Virus record (IMG/VR): IMGVR_UViG_3300042287_000536
Strand: one strand, 5' to 3'
DNA from: an uncultured virus (IMG/VR IMGVR_UViG_3300042287_000536)
Lineage: Duplodnaviria > Heunggongvirae > Uroviricota > Caudoviricetes
DNA length: 64,000 nucleotides
Both the position numbers and the translations under genes were made by a program. Under the pieces are notes generated by a model. That model saw only the letters and a program-made list of their open reading frames with translations, did no database searches and had not been told where the DNA came from. Below are positions 29,401-37,400 of the stretch, piece after piece (positions within the stretch are counted from its first letter, which is position 1; the number at the start of each line of letters is the position of its first letter).

Positions 29401-32400
29401 AGTCATATCATCTTTAGTATGATCAAATTGGAAGCCATCTCCTTGTAATAATAAAGTAGTTTCAGTCTTATGTATAAAGTTATTAAACATATAAGACTTT
29501 ATAGCTGCTTTTTTAATATTTAAATCTACATCTTCAGGAGTAGCCCCATAAATATTATTTTTTTCTTTAGTATTATTAACTAAGTCTTTTAATATAAGTT
29601 CTTTTAATATTGCAGGTAAAGGTTGATCAACTCCAAAAATTGGATCAAATAAATCTTTATTATAACTCTCTTCTAGTTTATCAAAGAATTTAATAATATT
29701 ATCATTAAGTTGTTTTTTTAATGCAGGATTATCATTTAATACAATATATAAATCACCTACTTTATTTAAACTTTCAAATAGTTCTTCAGACTTTAAAGCC
29801 TCTTTAAGACCAGGAGAACCATCAAGTATCTCATCAAAAATATCAAATTCAGTACCTCTTTCAAATCCTGTAATATTGTTATAGTATTCAGGATCAGCTT
29901 TAACCATTGCAATTCTTCTTATCTCACCCTCTAATTTAGGATACAACATATCTAATATTTTTTGCATTGGGTTATATCCCATTATAGATCTACCTGAAGC
30001 ATCTTTCATAAAAGCTACAGTGTCTACATATAAACCTTTGTTTATTTTTTCATCATAGGTATCAATAACATTAAGCTTAACTCCAAAGTTTGAACTTTTA
30101 TCACCAGCTTGAATTCCATCCATGTAACCTCCACCAAGAGTAGAAATAAATACAGATAACACTTTATCTAAAAAGCCCATCTTAGCACTTGTAACACCAT
30201 CACTAGCATAAGTTTCATCTATGTAACTAATACCACTAAGATCACGGTAGTTAATATCATTATCTTTAATCTTAATACCAGTAACACTAGAAAATAAAGA
30301 TTTTAGTATGATTGAACCTTTTGTCAAAGGATTACTCTTAGGATTAAGAAAGTTCATGTGAACAAGTTCAGGATTATCTGAATATAAATCTCCTTGTTCA
30401 TTAGCTTTCTTAAGACCATTTATTTTTTGAGTATCAGTACTATTAAGTGCAAATAAAGACTTTAACTTTTTAGCAGCATTAAATCTCATAGAGTTTGCAT
30501 ATTCAGTAGAATAAGAAGCTTCTGTTTCAGCTAACTTGTTTACAGCAAAAGCATTTGCAGGAAGTTTTGTACCATTGCTTAATGTTCTAGCTTTACCTAA
30601 ATAAACAATAATGTTATCAATATTTACTTTATCCTTGTCTTTTGTAGCTAAATCATTACTATCTTGAGTTTGTCCAATAGCATCTGCAATAAAATCTATA
30701 TCATTAGGTACAAGACTATCTTTAATTTCTGACATGTCAGATAAGAATAAGCCAATACTATTTAAGAAAGGAATATAGTTTTCTTTTGAAACACTGTAAA
30801 CATTTTTATTTTCATTGTTTACACCTTTAATAAGATATCTATTAACTACAGCTTCTAAATCTATATAGTTAAGTTGATCTTTTTTATATGTAAAACTATC
30901 AATTTCTTTTTGTTGAAAAGCTAAAGGCCAATCAGTATTTACAATTCCTAAATAATCTGCAGTTGTTTTACCAACTCTTATATCAGTTGGTTTATTAGAA
31001 TATTCTTGAACAACAGTAGAAACTATATCAACTTTATGTAAGTTTGTAGACTGTACAAACTTCATCCACAAAGCTCCAATGTCACTACCTTCTTTAAACA
31101 TTTTGGTTAATGAGTCAGATGGAGAAAGTAATTCACCTTCTTCTGTTTGTTGCGAGTATATCTTACCTAACAATTGTGTAAACAAAGGAGATACTTTTGA
31201 TGCATTTTTAAGGTTGTTATATAAACCTAATGGTGAAGTTTCACCAGAAGCTTTATCCATTAAGACTCTCCAAAAAGGTAAGAACTCAATTGGTTCAGGA
31301 AAACCTAATTCATTTAGTTCAGGCTCTCCATCTTTAGTTTGTTTATTTAAACTTTTTATTACATATAATACTAAGTCATCAGCTAATTTTTCTGAAGCAA
31401 CATCATTACTAGAAGCATCAAGACTTGTAGCTAACTCTTGTTGAGCAGTGTCACTGGTCTCTTCATAGTCATCACTATCTTTTTCATCTACTATAGGTTT
31501 GAATGTAGATAATAAATCTTTAAATGTACTGTTGTTTTTATGAAAAGAAACAACTGAAACATTAGCAGTTTGACCAGCTAAGGCTTTACCAATATCTCCA
31601 AATACTTCATCTCTAACAGCTCTTGTTAATAAGTTAATCTTATCATTAATGATAGTTAATGCTTGTTCATCAGTAGGTGCAAGCTTAGATCTCTCATCTG
31701 TTAACTGAATTATTTTATCATTAAGTCTATTCTTTGCTCTATTATAAATATTAGTAAGTGACTTTCTACTTGAAAATACTTTTGTTACTGCACTAAAGTG
31801 ACCTTTTCCTACTTGTTCATTTACATATTCTGATAATATACCATCTATAGTTCTAGTTAATAGTAAAGCTTCAGATACACTTAAGTCATTTTCAGCATTG
31901 TCTGTTACAATACCTCCACTATTTAATGAACCAAACTCAGCATTTTTTAGATTAGCTGAATATGGTAATAAGTCTTCAGGAGACTTAGCTGAATATAAAG
32001 CATTAAACATATCACCTAAAACACCTTCTGAACTTGTGTTAGAGTATACATCAGAATTTCCTACTAGAGCTTTTAAAGCCTTCCATATTCTATCAAAGAT
32101 TCTACCTAAGGCAGTCTTTGCTTTAGAGTCAGTTTTAAACTTACCATTATTCATAGCATACTTTCTAAACTCTTCAGCTATAAATTCTTCTATTAATAAT
32201 CTATCTTGTCTCTTGTTTACATCAAGATCTTTAAAGTTTAAAGTAACCATTCTATAAGAAACACCACCACCTGGTTCTACAAATTTCTTAACAACATTAA
32301 AACTGCCTGGAAGTTTTGATACAGGTTTGTATAACAACTCAGTTCTTTCATCTTTAGTTAAATACACTTGACTAAAAGCATGCCAAGCCTCATGATAAAC

Positions 32401-34425
32401 TTGAGTAAAACTAGCTCCTTTAAATAAAGTAATAGTTGAATTACTAAAATTTGCCCATGCATCAGAGTTTACAACATTTCTTAATAGGGATAGACTAAAA
32501 AGAGGTTTTCCAGCACTATCCACTTCTTTAGCCAATGCTGATTCATTTCTCCACCAGTTTTCAGCTCTAGCATCTTGTTTAGCTGTAGCAGAGTTTTGTA
32601 TTAACTTAGAAGATTTTAAATCATCCAAGTCTTCTTCTGCTTCAGTATTGGTTATTGGTATATTTTGAGCTACAGTATTATTTCTAGTTTCAACAACTTG
32701 TTGTTTAACTTCAGCTTGAGTTAACTCAGATTCAAAGTTTAAATAACCATTTACAACCATTGGTAAACCTGTATTCTTATCTCTTACAACTCTAGGTGTA
32801 AACTTGCTGAATATAAATGGTTTATAAGCTAATTCATTTTTAGAAACTATCTTATACCCAATAGCTGTATCTTCAATAGTGTATTTAGTGTATTGTTGTT
32901 TTGTATAAAGTTTATTATTAAAATGAATATATACACTATTAGTAAAGAAGTCTTTAAGCATTTGCTTAGATACCTCTTTATTTTCTAAAGGCACACTTAC
33001 ATTATTAAGATTAATATAAAGCTTTTTATTATTATCAGTTTTTATACCAATAACATAAGGTAAAAGTTTTGCATCAGATTCAGCAGCATCTCTATAAAGA
33101 TTTATAAACTGACTAACATATTGTTCTTTTTCTACATCAGTTAATCCAATATCTTCAGTAAGAACAGTTATAAGATGATCCATTAGTTCAGGATCCTGAT
33201 TACCAAGAGTTGTTGAATTCTTTAATGTTATTAAATTTTCTGCAGTATAAAACTTAACTGCTGGTAAAGTTCTTGTAACACCTTTTAATACCTCTCTAAC
33301 AAATACTATATTTGGGTCAAAAGAATCTTGATTAAATTCTGATAAGGTAGCTCCTCCTTCTTTTTGTTCTTTCTCTGTTAAAATATCTAATTTTTGAGCA
33401 ACTCCAACTGACCCTCCAGTTAAGTTAACTAAAACTGATTCTGTATCTTCTAATTTCTTTTTAAGTTTATTAGGAGCTTCAGCATCTTTTTTAACTTTTT
33501 CATTAATTTCTTGCTCTTGTTCAGGAGTTATGTTTTTAAATTTAGAAGCTAGACTAGCTTTAATGTTTTTAGTATTAGTAACACTTACTGTTTTTAATGC
33601 AAAGTAAATAGGTTTACCTGTATTAATATTAGCAATTTTATGATTTTCATCAAAGTACATAATATTACCTTGATTATCAGTTAAAACAAGCATAACTACA
33701 TTTCTAGGTAACCAGTCTTCTCTACCAGCTCTTTTTTTTCCTGGAATGTTTTTTTCATACATTACTTTTCCTCTAAAACCAGTTTTACCATCATATTCAA
33801 GTTCTGTAAAATCTTGGTCAGCACTTGTTCTAGCTAGTAAAATCTTAGCTAAACCATCTTGATAGAATGCTTTATCTGCATCTCTTGCTGTTCTACTAGG
33901 GATAGTTTTACCATTTACTTTTTCTTCTTCAGCTGTTTGTTGAGTTGTTAAATTATATCCATCAACAGATAAAATATTATCTATTGCAAGCTCTTCTGAA
34001 CCTTCTACTTTAAAATAAATCTTATCTGGATTTGTAGCTTGCTGAGCTATTACTTTTTCTATTTCTTCAATACTTGTATTCTCTATACCTAATAAAGTAG
34101 AGATAGCAGCCATTTTATCTTCAGCATCTTCTAAAGCAGTTATGTCTTTAATTAACTGAGTTGAATCATAACCTCTTTTAACAAGTTCTTTTTCACTAAG
34201 TTCAGGATTATTCTTTATGGTATCATAGATAATTTGAGGCACATGATATGCAACACCTAATGATTGTTGAATGTCATTTTTTGCAGCTGCTATATCTTTT
34301 TGAATAGTATCAATTATATCTTTATAATTAAACTTTTCTTCATTTAAAAGTTGCCCTTCAATTAAAAGGTTTACATAATTTTCAAGATTCTCTTTTAAAT
34401 TATTTTTACTTAAATCACATACCAT
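23404..34425 (-). CDS. Virion-packaged single-chain double-psi-beta-barrel RNA polymerase (crAss-like), with N-terminal zincin-like domain
   Basis: RIPVQG...KSGTDFDVDK (DFDVD at 27526-27540), DADGQ, STQLRK, NGFVDAGKD; HEAWH at 32380-32394 with EEFIAEEF. Confidence 0.9.
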   Translation of the reverse strand: MVCDLSKNNLKENLENYVNLLIEGQLLNEEKFNYKDIIDTIQKDIAAAKNDIQQSLGVAYHVPQIIYDTIKNNPELSEKELVKRGYDSTQLIKDITALEDAEDKMAAISTLLGIENTSIEEIEKVIAQQATNPDKIYFKVEGSEELAIDNILSVDGYNLTTQQTAEEEKVNGKTIPSRTARDADKAFYQDGLAKILLARTSADQDFTELEYDGKTGFRGKVMYEKNIPGKKRAGREDWLPRNVVMLVLTDNQGNIMYFDENHKIANINTGKPIYFALKTVSVTNTKNIKASLASKFKNITPEQEQEINEKVKKDAEAPNKLKKKLEDTESVLVNLTGGSVGVAQKLDILTEKEQKEGGATLSEFNQDSFDPNIVFVREVLKGVTRTLPAVKFYTAENLITLKNSTTLGNQDPELMDHLITVLTEDIGLTDVEKEQYVSQFINLYRDAAESDAKLLPYVIGIKTDNNKKLYINLNNVSVPLENKEVSKQMLKDFFTNSVYIHFNNKLYTKQQYTKYTIEDTAIGYKIVSKNELAYKPFIFSKFTPRVVRDKNTGLPMVVNGYLNFESELTQAEVKQQVVETRNNTVAQNIPITNTEAEEDLDDLKSSKLIQNSATAKQDARAENWWRNESALAKEVDSAGKPLFSLSLLRNVVNSDAWANFSNSTITLFKGASFTQVYHEAWHAFSQVYLTKDERTELLYKPVSKLPGSFNVVKKFVEPGGGVSYRMVTLNFKDLDVNKRQDRLLIEEFIAEEFRKYAMNNGKFKTDSKAKTALGRIFDRIWKALKALVGNSDVYSNTSSEGVLGDMFNALYSAKSPEDLLPYSANLKNAEFGSLNSGGIVTDNAENDLSVSEALLLTRTIDGILSEYVNEQVGKGHFSAVTKVFSSRKSLTNIYNRAKNRLNDKIIQLTDERSKLAPTDEQALTIINDKINLLTRAVRDEVFGDIGKALAGQTANVSVVSFHKNNSTFKDLLSTFKPIVDEKDSDDYEETSDTAQQELATSLDASSNDVASEKLADDLVLYVIKSLNKQTKDGEPELNELGFPEPIEFLPFWRVLMDKASGETSPLGLYNNLKNASKVSPLFTQLLGKIYSQQTEEGELLSPSDSLTKMFKEGSDIGALWMKFVQSTNLHKVDIVSTVVQEYSNKPTDIRVGKTTADYLGIVNTDWPLAFQQKEIDSFTYKKDQLNYIDLEAVVNRYLIKGVNNENKNVYSVSKENYIPFLNSIGLFLSDMSEIKDSLVPNDIDFIADAIGQTQDSNDLATKDKDKVNIDNIIVYLGKARTLSNGTKLPANAFAVNKLAETEASYSTEYANSMRFNAAKKLKSLFALNSTDTQKINGLKKANEQGDLYSDNPELVHMNFLNPKSNPLTKGSIILKSLFSSVTGIKIKDNDINYRDLSGISYIDETYASDGVTSAKMGFLDKVLSVFISTLGGGYMDGIQAGDKSSNFGVKLNVIDTYDEKINKGLYVDTVAFMKDASGRSIMGYNPMQKILDMLYPKLEGEIRRIAMVKADPEYYNNITGFERGTEFDIFDEILDGSPGLKEALKSEELFESLNKVGDLYIVLNDNPALKKQLNDNIIKFFDKLEESYNKDLFDPIFGVDQPLPAILKELILKDLVNNTKEKNNIYGATPEDVDLNIKKAAIKSYMFNNFIHKTETTLLLQGDGFQFDHTKDDMTKRGPGSQSGGTIFPVDLLTKIFIDAKVGRPYEQKLIADKIIAEKEVRTYGPTLNSAIIQESEVTSVYFNMYRDLFKRDYIDKGLTDEDEINAALYGVDPDTGEIGNAEVDAEGNYSNVFKGGKMKAFINIQDADGQALITFDTYRILRQAEGNWSNEQEALYFKVINGETITATELTNMFPVYKLQYDGPLATEVGRFPIQAFHKYSLFPLIPSVIKDFPANDVHKAMISQNIDYITFTSGSKRSSIKSSPESKGDSIYEGDTSNLKADFTFTPNTIYIAYLKNQTSVNTYFKQQSTFSTQLRKLITSLLYAYGVPTDYIKANNFNSPEEAQTAWDKVKYKRLESKFHDYTEEFKESIDDYVKFKKEELLEELGWTEDDLYAEKVDDAKIKSMLVVLNKEFKRQGFSAHERELLESSSNIDKLDLSVSPLAARFERMIMAMVNNRLVKTKLKGEPLVEVSSAFMQNTKLRNATAEEKAKYKDDFATNGLKPYAVDGINNSIGFMFKRALGKMDENLFQTDYFILNEAGEYVNSGQPIAIYKDEDQEELDFDASFIRLNEMLRVDAWRANDENNKKLRLTGVRIPVQGHNSMEFGEVAEFLRPEAGPIIIIPAEIVAKSGTDFDVDKMTTYMPFLTRSGKLMRKYDKEGIEAERKELEQKFEDLKITKGAIEILKNKKQAQWLDINLKLNDFRKAVSIRARGLNIDADLLNSLTSSKSKEIIKIMSDPNVENLVKEFFPKASLIYNYSIKGITLEDVDAVDGALRSLYKNKSELSKVYTELSDLNDNENNLGGGLQNKLIQDMVNILELPELAASLMSPNDTNLVKPYADKIKGYIQEADNETDFTKSLMTGNKMYKKGISTTKIYTETYNIKKHQENFSSKDSLGIAAVDNYINNLLNMAGAKMQKSVNVTAKVAETKRSFNKKTNKWDTKTVWANQVVEIPLDLNLAHNKLDGAISLSHIMDKEGKNSIADIINQMMNGFVDAGKDAWVAYLQGNPEVVPKFLFLLEAGVPIETIAYFVSNPMTRQYVKDKAKAKATLSKLFNFGTQYDVAPNMLKTISEYLPEAEAEILSKNGYKDLPKDSIYNITTALNYFKKPETFTKETLEGLVKSKLNYKDPNQIAAFLEYLYVEKIIEDYDAMKKAMNPDTKPSGDQYSAQAKIEEVAGLANTPTLDPGPIQKLSTDSIISPYFIQDFARRLFSRLFKLRDDAQLNNFLIKTFKNRTAMSQAKKATGYDSETYITKFKNFISQYIFANELRVYKSGDTEYKNEVINPKFLEQLNQDFDAGLYLATSTDENSYKNRGLTPINGKAFPRLVKMGKDQQMYFVPNEKLRTDFIEFGLEREYLRKRTTLADVIDTNEFLTRRKRLKDSGSLEYKQTDEETNEEYVNRLNNLTYEDMLANKALTNTYNIWQLFRSGDNTIARELMDIITNYPEMSDLTKYSMLKQFMPQGIPNIAAYRDVLNFQLKNYENLDEGLISEYYTQWNNLSNVGEPKLTSKKYSDGKANAYISKFFENLPIYAFLQSGMDSSKFSLSSMMPYEKYQEIMEKASEKFLKKIETTDPDTIFGGLKKLFEMENSASQGKLRNRGANLKVDISNLPDAENNIYEQPFIKPVTGDTEIPTGIFNITSTYVQNGREYPVTKDRVEKLIKANPNVIFLLSPADLHKVGKDLTPEEIKAAQKNIDIAIDRILSQGNDVVIFAEGFGDSPKNFFSTSTDMSTKPVISPVVTEKSTTTQQSAEEKEVDRLRAKEKAAYAAMTNPADQEKRKEIYLKYDKLLTPLMKKIDATQPSSSVIPKGFKLSIDKKGKDQGKANLANAFISYPNSGTSSYAYLQDAKKQGIPVNDEIKVGPQVIAFVSVNGNNKATDKQIEDTYLQAREIIEAGGTIIMDSTSDANRSWNKQGEALVQAELGVPTGQTSKGYNYWGINPESTTQPSTEALDFKTMPEFTIDRKREILTNLAAKHGVTQQEAYEYINEALNDKTKNPVTIINKLKECY
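23589..24197 (-). repeat. Three dispersed 15-nt direct repeats encoding TQPS/TQQS linkers
   Basis: tagatggttgagtag at 23589-23603 and 24024-24038 (identical); cagattgttgagtag at 24183-24197 (13/15). Confidence 0.7.
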
Positions 34426-34426
34426 A

Positions 34427-37400
34427 TTAACAAAGGTTTTCTATAAGATTTGTTTTTCCTGTTTTTAATCTTTTTGCATAATCTTCTTTATCTGCAGCTT
34501 TGGTTTTTTTAAACTCTTTAGGCTCTTCAGAAATAAGTTTTTCATTAGCTTTAATAATTTCATTTTCCTCTACAGTTGATTCCTCAATACCTGGTTGTAC
34601 AATTCTAAGATCTCTAACTAGATCATCTTCATTTATTGTTACCTTTGTACCAAGTGCACTTTTCAAAGTTACTGAATTTGTTCCAACTTTCTCAATTTTA
34701 TACTGAATATTATCATAAATAACTTCAAATTTATTAGTTTGAGCAACCTTTAAACTTTTTAAATTTAAATTCTCATTTAACTGTTGACTAGTTACTTTTG
34801 TTGGCCCTACTTTTGAAACAACTACTTCTCCTGTTGGAACTGTAACTGTCTCAACTTCAGCAACATCTCTAGCTGCAAGTTTAGCTTCTTTAATTCTTGA
34901 TTGAATTCTAGCATTCTTTCTACTGATAGTAACAGGATATTCTTTTTGTTTACTAGCAACAACTTCTTTAGCATTAAGATTCATTGTAGTAGTAGTAAAC
35001 TTATTTCCTATATTGTTTTCTTTATAGTTATCAATTAGTTCACTTAAGTATCTTACTTGATCTTGATATTTTAATAAAGCAGCTAGTAATTGAGCTTGCC
35101 TTTCTTCCTCTTTAGTTTTTACTACTTCAAGAAACTCAGCTGAATTTATGTTATTTAATACTTCATTTTGAAGACTCTCAATCTTATTTTTTATTGTAGG
35201 ATATTGAAAATTTTCATACTCATTATCTGATATAAAAGTCTTAAGATTTTTATCAGTTTGAAATAACAAACTAACATGTTCTTTAATATATCTTATTGAA
35301 TCAGCAATAGCTTTTCTAACAGCTATAAGTAATTTACCTATAGTATTTATCTTAGAGTTTATCTTATCTCTTCTAGCAATTAACTCATCTCTTGTATAAG
35401 TAGTAAGAGTAGGGTCACTAATCAATGAAGAATAGTATTGAGCTTGTTTTTGTAAGTCTTGTTGTACAGCTTCAACATCAGATAAATCTTCTTCAAGTTC
35501 TTTTACTCTATCTGTAATAGCATTTAACAACTGAAACTCTGCTGTACGGGCAGCTTTAAGTTCAGCTATCTTCTCTTGAACTTTAACACCTTTTGCAGTT
35601 TTCTTAGAGCTTTTAGACTTAATAATATTATTTAAACTTTTAATCTGATCATCTATATTTTTAAGATTGTTTTGAATACTTTCAGTACTTGTATCTAATA
35701 TACCATCTAAGTAAGCAAGAGTATCATTAATCTCAATAGCATCTAAACCTAAAGCTTCAGCTTTTTTCTCTAGTAACTCTATTCTTTTTTCAATAAATTC
35801 TTTTCTAGTCTGTAAAGTAGAAGAGCCCGGCAATCCAAATCTTAAAGCTTTTTCTTCAGCAGGAGTAAGACTCTCTCTAGGTTGCATTAACAATCTTTTA
35901 GTCTCAGCTTCAATAGCTTGTTCTTTAGCTTCTTCTTCAGTCTTTGGTGCTTCTTTTCTTGTAGGACTTAATGAAGAAATTATTTTTTCACCTTGATCTC
36001 TTAAAGGAAGTAATCTAGCATCTTTAATTTGATCTAAAGGAGTTACTCTTACTCCAGGTAATAGATTTAATTCACTAGTTACAACATCACCTGGTTGATA
36101 TATTACTTCAATAGGCATTACAGCAAGAGTTTTTGCTCTTAAGTTGTGAGTATTATTTAATAAAATTCTATATAATGATAATTGTTTTTGATGTTTTACT
36201 TTATTAGAATCTTTACCTTCTTCAAAAATATTATCATATACTGTTTTTCCTTCATTTATACCACTAAAATAAACATTAGTAAACTGATTACCTCTCATGG
36301 ATTTCATATCATATATACGGATATCACCACTCTCAGTATAGGTAAGTAAATCTACAGTACCAGCAACACCTAAGTTATCATCATATAATAAAATATCATT
36401 TGCTAGAACTTTTTCACCTCTAGCATCCATTTTATCTTTAATTTGTTGTAACTCTTTTACAAAGGCTTGAACCTCTTCTAAAGAAGATACATCATATGTT
36501 GATAAATCTTTAAGTTCTCCATTAAAGAAATCTCTTACTAGAACATCTATTTTTGTACCAATAATCTGAGAAGAAGCTGTTGTAAGCTTTTTTGTTAAAG
36601 GTTTTCCTTTATAGTTTAATCCAATTAATCTTTGTTTGTAATCTTCTATATCTTCACCTTTTTCAATACCATCTTTAAAATCATTTTTAGATTTTTCATC
36701 AGCAATGTAGTTAGTAACTCTCTCATACTTTTTACCAGTTTTAGTATTTACATAATGTGTACCATCTTCAGATAGTTTAATAAAATCTTTGTTAGCTATT
36801 ATGTCATTAATAGTACTTTGTAATGTTTTTACTGGTCTATTTTTAAGCTCATCTTCTTTTTCTTTAGCAGCAATAGCTGTAAAGTTGCTGAATAATTTTA
36901 AAGCAATATCAAATTGAGGACCTGCAGTTACTTTATTACCTTGAGCATCCATAAAGTATGTAGCTACTGGCATTTCTATATCATTATCTAAAGCTTCAAC
37001 ATATTTTTCTATTAATTCATTAGGGATATTTAAACCTGAGTCTACAGTAACTAAATTTAATATACCATTGATACTGTTTAATCTATTAATTAACTTTTGA
37101 TTTTCTTCAATAATACCTTCTTTATTATTAAGAATTTCACTATAAGCATCATTTAATCTAGTGTGTAATTTAAAAAAGTTTTGAGGAGCCATTAATACAT
37201 TAATACTTTCAGCAAGACCTTTCATATCATCTTTAAGACTCATATGATCTTTAACTACACTATAAGCTTTTTCTATATCTTCATTAAATACAATATGATC
37301 ATTCTTTTTAGCTAAGAATTTAACATGCTCCATAAAAGCTTTCTTAGCTATTTCATCTTTAGCTTCTTTTTCTTCAGGAGTTTTTGCTTCTTTAACAGCT

